A stretch of 64,000 nt of DNA from contig JBLDXI010000002.1 of the NCBI GenBank assembly GCA_047495785.1, forward strand, positions 124,001-188,000, read 5' to 3'. The notes under the pieces were generated by a model. That model saw nothing but the letters and a program-made list of their open reading frames with translations. It made no database searches and was not told where the DNA came from. How positions within the stretch are numbered: the first letter of the stretch is position 1; each line of letters opens with the position of its first letter. Positions 42,838-54,031 of this stretch are shown here, one piece after another. The stretch is from Lepidodermella squamata. Taxonomy: Eukaryota; Animalia; Gastrotricha. Both the position numbers and the translations under genes were made by a program.

Positions 42838-43464
42838 AGTTCAGAAAATTCACGCATGAACTGCACCAAAGATCCTGCACATTTTATAATTTCAATTTTA
42901 AAATGTGAAGTTTTTTCTAATATTTTTCCGAATGACCTTTTAATGGTCTGACTTCGTCAATCCGGCAGGCCAATTCCTTAGTTGTAGCTCGTTCGATAAC
43001 GCAACAAGTCAGGGCCATTTTCACCTGATCGCCCATTTATGGTACTGTTTATGGCAAAAATGCTGCTTTGTCGTCAAATTATTCGAAATGCTAACTGGTA
43101 AGTTCACACCTGCAAGCAAAACCGGTTCAAATTATCCTGTATCGTATTTCACAAAATATGACGATTCGATTTCAGGATTGATTTTAATCATCTTTTTGGG
43201 GAATTTCAAAGCATATTAGAATTAAACCTTGGATATGGCCTCCGATTGAGCAGTTGATGACTTGCTCATTGGGGCAGCAGCGAATATTCAATTTCAAATG
43301 TTCGAATTTCTGCGTAGAACAATGCGACCCATGAGCAGTTGGACCTGATACTTTGCATAGACAATGAAAAATCCGGAAAATTAAACTATGTGGAAAATAT
43401 TACCAAACTGAGCGAATCTAACCGCGAAAAGAATGAGAATCAAATATACTAGGAGATAAATCAT
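42838..43464 (-). pseudogene. Truncated paralog of the four-module gene at 37475-38782
   Basis: Exons 1-3 and the start of exon 4 are conserved; 1-nt deletion in exon 3 (gcccatttatgg versus gcccatttcatgg); ends at the transposase remnant. Confidence 0.8.
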
Positions 43465-43919
43465 TGAATTTATTTGCACTTGGCAAGTGACCAGGTAGAG
43501 AATAGCCAACAGAGCGATAGCTTTTCAGCCGGTACTTTTCGACTAGACGGAAGTGTGACGGCGATTTGATCATTTCAGGATGTAATTTAGATCTCTCGAT
43601 AAACCGCAGGTCGACATTTCACGCGCTCGCACTGTAAGTGGCTATTACGGTAATAAATTGAAGGCGGCGAATTTCAAAGTAAAAAAAGATGAAAAGAAAT
43701 TATTCACCCTAATGCTTAACGCATGAATAATTGTACCGAAAAATATCTTAAATTTCGACTTTGAAAGTCTACAAAAATTTCAAAATTGAAAATTTCGATG
43801 ACTAATTAGAGGAATTCATTAAGAACTCCGATTGTTTTATCGCATTGGCTATTATCATTTTTATTCAATGCAGGACGATCGATATCTTTGTTGGAATTAT
43901 TGTCAACTTTGTCATTAAA

Positions 43920-44630
43920 TCATCTTTCATCTAGCAAGAATCGCCCTCTCCTTTTAACATTTTCATCCCAAACAACGTAATCGCCGTCATTAAAGTGCCG
44001 TAATTTCGAAAACACGTCTCGCATCGCAGACTTTTCATCCGGAGTTGGCAGCCAGACAAAGAGAGGCAGCGATTCCGCGAATTCCATTTGCTCCTGTTCG
44101 CTTGCGCCCAGCATTTCGGCAAGTTGCCGACCGAGTAAAGCATTCGACTGGCTTGACGACCGGCCTTCGGCGCCAGATCGTTTACCCGTAATTGCCTCGA
44201 GCCTAACGGCTGAATCTGATCCTTGCAACAGCGAATTTCGTTGCTTCTTCACCTCCGGGTTAAAGAATTCGTAAACGTCAACGGCTATCTTCCATACTCC
44301 ATAAGCAACCGCCCCGTAAATTAGCGTGAGCACTATACCGATGAAGATCTCAGATGGGCCTGAATGTTTGATGAAACTCTTCAGTTCAGCTTTTTTCAGA
44401 CTGAAAACGCCCGGCTTTGGGGGCTTGGCTACAGGGTTAACCAGCTGAATCTGGGAACCTTTTGCCGTATTTCTCAAAGTTGCCGCATCGAATCTGGCTT
44501 GCCGGCGTTGCAGCTTGCGCGATAGCAGTGGCAAAGATATTCGGGCTTCATACAATGGCAGAAGTACGTTCTGGCACAGAAGGGCGATGGAAATCGTAGA
44601 TGCGGCTGCTGTCATCCGACCGTTAGCCAT
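43920..44630 (-). CDS. Intronless prepro-like protein with one internal hydrophobic helix, unknown family (paralog A)
   Basis: 236-aa ORF; hydrophobic leader, RKLQRR/Q basic site, hydrophobic segment IFIGIVLTLIYGAVAYGVW; C-terminal domain clearly shared with 45151-45843. Confidence 0.75.
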   Translation of the reverse strand: MANGRMTAAASTISIALLCQNVLLPLYEARISLPLLSRKLQRRQARFDAATLRNTAKGSQIQLVNPVAKPPKPGVFSLKKAELKSFIKHSGPSEIFIGIVLTLIYGAVAYGVWKIAVDVYEFFNPEVKKQRNSLLQGSDSAVRLEAITGKRSGAEGRSSSQSNALLGRQLAEMLGASEQEQMEFAESLPLFVWLPTPDEKSAMRDVFSKLRHFNDGDYVVWDENVKRRGRFLLDER

Positions 44631-44820
44631 TCCCTTGAAGCTTCGCAGGAAATTCGCTATGAACCTTAGTTTGGAAATAAGTTAAGCTGGATTTTTCAAA
44701 GTTTTTATTGCCAATAAAAAGCTTGACAGAATGTCGAAAATTGAATTAATGATGAAACCATTCACGATTGAAGCCAAAGCTAAAGGGATCTAACCAGCAT
44801 TTCACTCTAGTTTTGTTGCC

Positions 44821-45009
44821 TCACTTGATAAGATATTCAACAGCCATATCTTTGTAAAACAAGAATTTGTCAATGCCAGCGGCTACTGAATCCGGAGAAG
44901 GGAGCTGCACAAAGCTAGGCTGAGATTCATCATAACGCCTTGCTTCTTCTTCCGAGATTCCGAGAGCTTTGTTGAGTTGACGACCGAGAACTTCAACCGA
45001 GAACTTCAA
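44821..45009 (-). pseudogene. 3' fragment of a third member of the 43920/45151 family
   Basis: EVLGRQLNKALGISEEEARRYDESQPSFVQLPSPD matches EVLGRQLNEAMGISEEDARSYAESRPIFVPIPTPD; no 5' part seen. Confidence 0.7.
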
Positions 45010-45150
45010 GTTTCAGTTTCAGCTTCAAATATTCTTCGATGCTTGGGAAGCCCTTATAGGTTTGGTTTAAACAGAAGAAATCATAAATCATCCAATTTAT
45101 TACAAAATTTGGAATCTATTTGTTTTATTAGTTCACATTGATTATTGATT

Positions 45151-45843
45151 TTATTCATTTTCCTCAATAAGCAGACGCCCAGTCAATTGAACGTTATCAT
45201 CCGTGATAGCATAATCTTTCGACACATCTTTAACCTTCAAAAATGTGTCATTCTTTGCAGATTCTTTATCCGGCGTTGGTATTGGGACGAAGATAGGCCG
45301 AGATTCTGCGTAACTCCTAGCGTCTTCCTCACTAATCCCCATCGCTTCGTTGAGTTGGCGTCCGAGCACTTCGTCTGAGTCCATACTAGATCGCCCTTCA
45401 ACATTCGACTGCGAACCTGCAAGAGCGCCCAAACGTGCCGCACGATCATGTGCTTCGCTCTTGGCTTTATTTTCCCCCAGATTCGAGATGACTTGGTAGC
45501 CTTTGATCGCAATGTACGAGACTGCCACTACAAAAAGGGCTTCCATTATGAGGCCGAGGCCATATTTTTTCCATCCGCCGTGAGCCTTCGCCGCAGCATT
45601 CATGGTCTTGATACTCCCTTGGACAGCTGAGTTATCATAGAAATGACTTTTGGCCATCTTTGCTCCTGTGGAGAAGAATGTCTTTGTCTTTGTAAGACTT
45701 TTCTTGAAAAAGCCCATATCAGCCTGCCGTTTCTCGAGACGTTTTCTGGTAGGTAATTGATTAAGCCGGTAGGCTTCATGGATTGGCACTAAGATCAGCT
45801 GGCTGATGAGTGCCAGCGAAAAGATACTGGCAAAACGCTTCAT
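45151..45843 (-). CDS. Intronless prepro-like protein with one internal hydrophobic helix, unknown family (paralog B)
   Basis: 230-aa ORF; leader MKRFASIFSLALISQLILVPIHEA, RKRLEKR/Q site, hydrophobic segment, conserved EGRSS...LGRQL...PTPD...GR.L tail. Confidence 0.78.
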   Translation of the reverse strand: MKRFASIFSLALISQLILVPIHEAYRLNQLPTRKRLEKRQADMGFFKKSLTKTKTFFSTGAKMAKSHFYDNSAVQGSIKTMNAAAKAHGGWKKYGLGLIMEALFVVAVSYIAIKGYQVISNLGENKAKSEAHDRAARLGALAGSQSNVEGRSSMDSDEVLGRQLNEAMGISEEDARSYAESRPIFVPIPTPDKESAKNDTFLKVKDVSKDYAITDDNVQLTGRLLIEENE

Positions 45844-46119
45844 TCCACTGTCTTAAGGATTTATGAAGCAAAAGTCTTATGATCGCAATTTAAAAGATTA
45901 AGTTGGGTCTTTTAAGTTTCCAGCATAACACCTTTTATAAATTTTTTTTGCTTAATGTTTTCTCAATTTCCCATTAGTTTATACTAACAATCGGGCAATA
46001 CTAAGAGTAAGCTTTTATTTATGCCCGATTCTCATTATTCAATCCTTCGTGTTAGTTTTCATTCGCGATTGTGGTTTCTTCTAGGTACGGCTCCACAGTA
46101 TAGTAATCCATCGATAGAT

Positions 46120-46963
46120 CTAAAAGACAATAGAAAGATAATGTAATGAAAACAATATATTGAAAATTTGAAAATGAATGTGATATTGTCCTACTTCCCC
46201 CCTCAATCTCTCCGCGGATAAATTGGTGTCCTTAAATCTAAATGTTGACCTACAATTCGTGGCTAATTCAACAAAATACACCATAAAAATGACTATTCTT
46301 AGTTACACTAAATATACTTTCGAGTTTTAGGAAGGAAAGGATACTGAATGCTGACTGCTGATTTTCACAAAGGGATTTCAGTTGTAGTTACCTGCTGTAG
46401 TGGTATTCAACGGTGCAGAAATAGCTGCAAAGCCTTTAGATTTTCTCGTTTCAAGAGAAGTTTTAACAGTACTCTCATTTATAGTAGCAGTAGTAGTCGA
46501 TGTCTCTCGAGTCGTTGACCGAGGTCGGTTGGTGATAACAGGCCTAACAACCGGCGCTTTGTACCGCTCAATGTCGCACTTCTGATCTTGGTAATTCGCA
46601 CAGCATGACACTGACATAACCATCATGCCGGTATCCAGGTAGATTTTCGAGCAATCATCCGTGCACGACTGCAACCTGGTCACACTTGGCTCCGTTGAAC
46701 TAGGCGATTGCATGGTTTGAATCATTCGAACGCAGATTTGGTTCTCAGGGCATTTTTGAAGTTCGGGCGAAGTCCAATTTTCGCTACAAGAAACTTTTTC
46801 ACTGCAAATGTAGCATTCAGCTGGGCTAGTCTGACTGCTGTTGCCTTGACAGAACCCCTCTATCACAATCGCTATTGGGAAGGATATTAAAAAAAATCTA
46901 ACAAGAAAAATCCGACTTATTACCAAGAAGAAGAACTATGTCGTAAAATGTGATTAGTGCCAT
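46120..46963 (-). CDS. Ly6/uPAR (LU) domain protein with Thr-rich stalk; exons 46924-46963 and 46392-46871, 3' exons uncertain
   Basis: Signal MALITFYDIVLLL|AIVIEG across a phase-1 intron; CYICSEKVSCSENWTSPELQKCPENQIC...CTDDC...VSCC...C. The end coordinate depends on a tentative two-exon 3' model. Confidence 0.72.
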
Positions 46964-47464
46964 GTTACTCAAACCTCGTTTCTGCCGTTGATCGGCTAAA
47001 ATGTATTTATTCTAAGCTATAGCGAGGCGTATAAGCACGATGCTACACGATGCTACGTGTGGCGTTGAAATGTTGTCGTGCTAAAAAAAACAATGAAGGA
47101 GGATCGTTGCAGCTCTTTTGAAATTTTCAGTTGAATTTCTGTGCCAGCAACTTCACGAAGGCCACTTATCCACCCCTTATCAACGTTTCAAATTTAAGGT
47201 TTCCATTGGCATCTTAATGGCTTTCCATTGGTTTTCCATTATAACTTCCATTCACAGTGGGGGTTTCTATTGTGCCCACGCGCTTGATTGTAATGTGTGA
47301 AAAAAACAAGTTCCTGCGGTTTTATTATAACAATAAGCGCTAAAACCGCCTGGGGACACAACATGGTATCGATCGCTCGAAAACACGAATAATCATAGCC
47401 GCTGTAAACAAAGAGACAATAGGCGCAATAAAGTAGTTCTAACTAAGTTTGTACCCCCTCAAAC

Positions 47465-48601
47465 ATGGATGGATGCTTCCGACTCATTGAACCAGAATCT
47501 GCCATTAACCAATCTTGGCATTGTTCAGCTGAATTAGAGCCCAAGGAAAGCAAATGCGGTTATTCCTTCATTCACCAGCTAAATCGAACAAGCCCTGGCT
47601 GTGGTGTCTTGGAATTGTTTGTCGGCGTTTTCATAGCTTTAATGAGCTTTCCAGCGAATTATATCACTTGGAGAAATTTCAAAGCCGTCAACTTGCCCAT
47701 AGATCTCATGCTGCTGATCGGCTGCTTCGTTGGCTGCAACATTTTCTACACTACATTTGGTGTACTTTTCAGCTTGCAAAGGTATAAGAAGCTGTAAATT
47801 CCATAGGTATTTCTTAAAATCTGAATTTAGGACTCGAGCTTTCTCGGCTTCAAATTTCTTCATTTGCAAATTTTCGTCCGTGATTTTAAACTCGATTCTT
47901 GCGATAAATCTCCACGTTCAGGCATTCGTCGCTTTCCAGAGAAACGCATCGCTTTTAACGTTATTGAATCGAGAATCAAACCAGATTACTGACAGGCGTA
48001 GATTTTTGGGGTTCCTATGCTCTATGGTTGCAGTTTCTTTGTTAATCGCCGCAATTTATTCGATCGACTACTTCAGGAATGATTCGATACTGCTAACGCC
48101 TGATGTTTGTATGTACATACCAAGAACCGATAGCAGTATTGGCGGGTTTTTCTCAAAGTCAACAATCGCTTTACCTCTTCTCGTAATTGTCTCCAGTTAC
48201 GTGTAGGTTGAGTCTTGAAATGTCTCGATAAATCCTGATTAATCATGTTTTCCAGGTACCTTAGCTGCAGTATGCAGAGCTTCGACCTCAAAAGTTCTGC
48301 CTCATCTTGGTTTCTACCAGTTTCAAGCCGTCGTAGTCGGAAGCACGAGACATTTCTCACCCTGCTTATGGTCTTAACAGCTCTCGAATTAATCGTATCC
48401 CTCATCCCAATGACTTTCGTGAATTATCTGGTTCAAATGATGGCTGCGAAGAAGGATTGCCGTCTGCAATCGAACGCATTTTACTACGCTCATTTGCTTC
48501 AGATGCTTGATCGAACTGTTAATCCGTTATGGGCCAGTTTTGCTATGAAATGGTTCGTCGAAGGAGGACCAAGTTGCAAAAACTGCGTAACCAAACTGTG
48601 A
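47465..48601 (+). CDS. Divergent class A-like 7TM receptor, paralog 1; exons 47465-47781, 47831-48202, 48256-48601
   Basis: Seven hydrophobic segments, TM1 Asn (PAN), QRN at the DRY position, NPLW at the NPxxY position; intron positions shared with two paralogs. Confidence 0.78.
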
Positions 48602-48866
48602 TTCTACGCAATAAAAATGAATTTTCTTAGAAAAAACTCCCAAATATCAGAGATGTGTTAGACCTCAAGTAACATTGAAGAGTGAACTTTTGGTGAGTTT
48701 AAGTAATTTATCCAGCGAAATAAAGCTCGATTTACGGCTATATTTTTAGGGTCAACAAATCGGGAAAAATGATTTTATTGTCCCGTGTGTTAAAGAGGAT
48801 TTCCGGGACAATATTCCGAAAAGTATTTCAATGTTGAGAAAAGGTATGACTAATTGGGGATAGTTT

Positions 48867-49224
48867 TCAGTCGTCAATGTGCATTAGAGCTATGCGGCCG
48901 TTGCCCTTCCTGCCGTGCGACTTCCCAAGAACGATTTGCTCACACATGGCTTTCGATCTATGCATCTGAATGCAATCGTCAAGGCGCTGCCGTGATTGCC
49001 GCTCGTCTATTGATTTCACCAAACTTGACAAGGTGCCATGATTTCCACTAGACAGCTTCTGCATCAATGTATTTCCTACAGAAATAAGAAATTATCACAG
49101 AACCTGAGGGGAAAACAATGAGTTTACGTAATTCTGCCCTATCCTGTTCGGTTGTTGCCAAACAGTTAACGGCAACTAAGACGGCAATCGAGGCTATTGT
49201 TATGGCTTTTTGCAATGTAAGCAT
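48867..49224 (-). CDS. Small secreted protein / candidate peptide precursor; exons 49128-49224 and 48867-49075
   Basis: Signal MLTLQKAITIASIAVLVAVNCLA; a 52-nt phase-1 intron joins to ...RQSRQRLDDCIQMHRSKAMCEQIVLGKSHGRKGNGR... Confidence 0.65.
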
Positions 49225-50135
49225 TGTCCGGGACTTGTGATTTAAAGACAACTAGGGTGATTTTTATACTAAACCAGACGGCAAATGCCATCCGCCCACG
49301 AAAATATACCATTTATTCCCCGTGCGATTCCTGTCAAATATTGGCGTTCATTCATGCATCCTGTTTTGTTATTCATAAATTACGACCCCATTACCATACA
49401 GATTTGGTGATCGATTCTGTCATTGGATGAACACGCCAAAATTACGAATATTAATAATGGGTTTTAATCCAGGATAAAATCAAAGGAAAATGCGTAAAAG
49501 CAATCCAGACTACGCCTACTCACGAAGATTTTGGTACAAATCATTTAATGCTCCAACTCCTTTCCCAATCCTCAAGGGCTGAAGAATTTCTGGTACAGGA
49601 CTCAGCTTTGAAGAAGTTGCGTTGAATTCGGAATTTACTGCTTATTAACTTCGTTTCGAAATCACAATTCGATGTATTAGGAGTCCACGGTGATTCCGAA
49701 CTGAATCCTGGATACTTATTCCAATTTTAAAATTTTCATAGTCCATTATCAGTAGAAAATACCATTATAACCTACTTTTCACTATTTGTCACATCTCGAG
49801 GCAATATGGCATTATTTTACACGCAGGAGAAAATTATATGATGTTAAATTTAGTTTCACATCACCGGAGGCCATCTGTCATGCAATAAAGCCAACAACTA
49901 TCAGCCGCCTTATCAAATTTTCACATACGCTCGATGCCACATGAGCTAAATCCCTAATGGAATGGCGCATGGCGACTGCGATCGATAAATTAAGCGGAAA
50001 AATCTAAAATAGCACATACTAACAGGCTGCAAAACGCATTATTTAATAAAGAATGATGCTTTTACCACACCCCCAATCAATCTGATTAGTTACGCGAAGT
50101 TTTTTTCATAAAAAAGCTCAAGAAAAATTCAACAC

Positions 50136-51590
50136 ATGGAAACATGCTTCTCGCTTTTCGCCGAGAAATCAGCGGTTAACCAGTCTTGGTTTTGCTCGCC
50201 AGAGCTCAACGATACCAAGTTCAAATGCGTTTTCTCCTACGTGAATCAGCTTGAAAGATCAGACCAGTTATGCGGTTGCCTCGAGGCAACAATCGGCGTT
50301 GGCTTGGGCCTGATGAGCTACCCGTTGAACATCATGGCTGTTCAAAACTTCAAGGATAGGAAGGTCAGTTCTGATTTCCTGCTGCTGGCAACTAGCTTGG
50401 CTATCTGCAATGTGATTTACTGCACACTTGGCTCACTTCTAAGCTTACAAAGGTAATTCCTGAGTAAGGAAAGGTTTTAAGATTGAGGTTCCTAATACTT
50501 TCTAGAATCGAGAGTTTGATGGTTGTAAGTTCGTTCCTATGCCAACTTGGCGCTGTTGGAATTAATGGAACGCTGACGGTTTCAATTTACATTTTCGCTC
50601 TAATCAGCATTCAGCGGAACGTTTACCTGCAATCGCTCAGTACAGCGAATATGAAGGAAGCGATCAAGTTTCGAACGCACGTTTTCCGAGCCGCTGTCCT
50701 GGTTATTCCAGTTGTCATACTGTCAATATACGTCCTGCAGCATATGGTCGCTGGGACGATTCGAGCCGTTTCGCATGGAGATACAAGTGTTTGCGTGACA
50801 ATCTCCAACAGGCAGATTTTTCTCGGAATTCCGTTCAGCATTGTCTTCGCTGCTGTAATTATGGGGTTTCCGCTTATTACAATCACTTTTAACTATTGGT
50901 AAGTTACACTGGTTACGTTCAAAATTCAATTTCCTGAATGCGTATATTTTTGCTTTGCAAACAAATTGAAAAATCGTCGAAAAAATTCGAAAAATTGGGC
51001 GACTATGGGGAAGGTATGGGGAACTATGGGGAAGGTATGGGGAACCATGAGTAACTATGGGTAACTATGGGGAACTATGGGGAACTATGGGGAACTATGG
51101 GGAACTATGGGGATGCCATTTTTGAGGAATGGGGAAATTTGTGTGAATTGTTTTAATTTTTTTGTTTTCATCCAGTTGTATGTGGGCTTTCATCCACCGA
51201 AACGGTAAAGCTTTTCTAGCGGGCGATGCTATCACATCGAGAAGAATCAGACGTCGCGAAAAGTTCCTTGCTTTCCTAATGACGATATCCGTGATTGAGT
51301 TCACCATCCTACTGCTGCCCCTGGTCACGTCCTTCCTGCTGATCTATCACTACAGTGAGACAGAAGACTGGCGCATGCAGTCGACCGTGACTGTCTACGG
51401 CCATTTTCTTCAAATGTTCGACAGTGCGATCAACCCGTATTGGACGAGTGTCATTATGACGCGGCACGTCCACAGCCGGCCGAGTTTACGCAGCCTGTTG
51501 CCGAAAAATTCGACGAGAAGCAACTCAGAGGCAGATGTGGCGCAGGGCCTCAAGAAGACTGAGTCATTTTTAATGGCGGAAAATCAGTAG
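50136..51590 (+). CDS. Divergent class A-like 7TM receptor, paralog 2; exons 50136-50452, 50506-50898, 51176-51590
   Basis: Same exon phases as paralog 1; NQSWFC, PLN, ISIQRN, RREKFL, INPYW motifs. Confidence 0.8.
51001..51113. repeat. G-rich 10-11 bp minisatellite (GGAACTATGG)n in an intron
   Basis: About 11 imperfect tandem units visible directly. Confidence 0.9.
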
Positions 51591-51624
51591 AAATAAATCA
51601 CGTCACTGTGACATAAGGTTTTTG

Positions 51625-52122
51625 TTATTCAAACCAATCTTCGTAAATTGGCTCATCATTTGTGTTTTGAGTAGTTGTTGGGACCTTTGAGGTCGAAGTT
51701 GCGATAGGGTGGCTCGTAATCTCGCAATTGTTGTCCTTGTAATCCACACAGCACGTGACCGTGGAGTTAAGGAACTGCGATACCAGCTTCGATTTCGTGC
51801 ATTGGGGTGAGCAGGAACTTGAGTATTCAACTGGTTTGCCGTTGAAACGCCACTCGGGCGACACTGAGCGATACTCGCGCTTGCAGACGTGATCTGGCGG
51901 GCAACTTTCAAGCTGCGGCGAGGTCCAATCTTCTAAGCAGCTTCCGTTGCATTTGTAGCACTGAATAGAACGAGTTTGTCCAACTTTTCCTGTGGGTGCC
52001 GTTAACGACCATCCTGATAACACGAAAACATAATTCGAAATTCAGTGTAATTAAAGGGAATCAAACAAACCAAAGAGGAATACTGATCCAAACAGTAGGA
52101 TCGAAAGCCTAAGCGAAACCAT
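51625..52122 (-). CDS. Secreted Ly6/uPAR (LU) domain protein with no obvious GPI tail; 2 exons
   Basis: Signal MVSLRLSILLFGSVFLFG|GWS across a phase-1 intron; CYKCNGSCLEDWTSPQLESCPPDHVC...CSPQC...VTCC...C; polar end PIYEDWFE*. Confidence 0.8.
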
Positions 52123-52808
52123 TTTCCAAGATTTTGAACAGACTGGCAAATGGTGGGATTAAGTAGAATGGGCATTGTGATGGAGGTTGATCCTTCTTGC
52201 TTTTAATCAGGGTTTAAACGCCTCGGCGGTCTAAGACGCTCATTACCTATGAGTGATGTCATAATCTTAGCAATTTACTGCTTTTCATTATTATTTGGCT
52301 TTAAAGCTGCCTGCCTATTGCGCACGTTTGGCAAAAAAATATGTAATTGCATCAGTAAAGGCCATAAAAAGTTCGTTAGGTCTCCATTATGAGTTCTGAG
52401 ATCTGAGGTCTGAGATGCCCTTGAACCAGAGAAATTGCCAATCGAAAGATGATTCTACAGGATTCTCCTGGGTAGCTTGGAAATTTCGGAAAACACATAT
52501 TTTTCTACAACGATCGAATATGATAAAAATCATGAGAATTCGAAACACAATCAGAAAATTGAGATGAGGATGCGAAATATAATTAATTCTTCGTTCTTCT
52601 CACAATGCACCTCTAAAAATGCTGATCCTAAATGAGAAAATAATTCACATCGGGTACAATCTAATCTGTGACAGGAGTATCAAACTGAAGCATGTGTCTG
52701 GAAAAGTAAAGCCTCATGAAACGTGACCAGAATTGATTCGAAAAATCATTAAATAATTTTAGAAATGTGCACTTCTCGCATTTGGAATGTTTTAAGCACC
52801 ATTGAAAC

Positions 52809-53392
52809 ATGAAAGCTGTTTACCTTCTTTTCGGCTGTCTATGCCTCCTTGCGATAACTCGGGTTGTTCATTCTGAAGACGAAGAAGCCGAGGAAAAGGG
52901 GGAAGACAAAATCGCTGAAGTTAAACAAGGTAATATTATCACTTCACTATCCTGTAAGGCCCCCATAACTCTCTGATTTCAGACGCCGAAGTCGGCGAGG
53001 TTGCGGAGAAACCCGCTGAAACTGCGGCTGAAACAACGGATGGGCAAGCTACGGATAAACCTGCCGATGCGGAAGAGACTCCAGCTACTGAGAAGCCGGC
53101 AGAAGAAGGAGAAGTGCCATCGACTGAAGCTCCTGTAACGGTGAAGACCACCCCGAAACAAGGCAAAGGGCCGCGGAAGAAGAAAACTGGCGGCAAAAGC
53201 AAGACGACTAAGAAACCCGGTAAAAAGGGTCGGAGTGCCGTAGCGACGAAGAAGCCTTCTGGAAAGCATGTTAAGAAGCCAACGACGAAAAAACTAGGCC
53301 GTTCGGCAGCGAAATCAAAGGGAGGAAAGGGCAAAACTACGCCGAACAAATCGAAAGGCGGAGCTTCGACTAAGCCTAACAAGAAGCCCTAA
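52809..53392 (+). CDS. Secreted low-complexity protein: acidic Glu/Ala/Thr block then Lys/Gly/Thr/Pro block; exons 52809-52929 and 52983-53392
   Basis: Signal MKAVYLLFGCLCLLAITRVVHS; 53-nt phase-1 intron; AATAAA shortly after the stop. Confidence 0.8.
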
Positions 53393-54031
53393 TTTCGACT
53401 CATCAATAAAATATTAATTCAAGTTGACTGGTGATTTATTTTAATCACAAGAAGAATTGTGGGTCGATGAAAATGAAACTAGAGAACGTGCCAAGATCTG
53501 TTTTTTCTCTTCCTAGAGAACGTGATAAGTTCCGTTTCTTTCTCCTCTCTGCCTCCAGCGCTAGAATCGATTAGCACTAGGCTGTGCATTATCTCCGGCT
53601 TATACAACTGCGAAATGCAACTGCGCATTATCATTTCTGAATCGATCCACTCATCGCCATAAAAAAAACTTGAAAGAAGCTTGTTGAGGCGAATCGAGAA
53701 TAGCCTCAGTTAATAATAATTTGTTTGGTTAATTTATATGCTGCCAATCCTATCACGAATTTATAACAAAAAATGAATGCCCTGATTTTTCGATTTTTCC
53801 TGTCCATCTTTTCTCGAAAAATTAACGCGACGCACTGCGCAAATATTGGGCCTCACCTATTCAATATTTCTCCTTTGTTTAAACATCGCGTACAATGAGC
53901 CAAAAATCGATCCAACCCCGCATTTCTCAATGGCGCATCATTATTCGCATGAATACCTATTCAAATTAACTGTAGATACGTGTATATGAAGCAGCTTGGC
54001 TTCTTGTCTAATCATCTGGGCAAAATTTCAC

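Noticed and set aside
51001-51113. CRISPR-like or telomeric array
   Set aside because: No unique spacers, eukaryotic intron context, and the unit is not a recognised telomere repeat.
52939-53382. Phe-rich TM-like ORFs antisense to the Lys-rich genes (also 58050-58280)
   Set aside because: They are reverse complements of AAA/AAG Lys codon runs.
53114-53392. Histone H1- or protamine-like call for the Lys-rich ORFs
   Set aside because: No globular H1 domain, and spliced upstream exons supply signal peptides.
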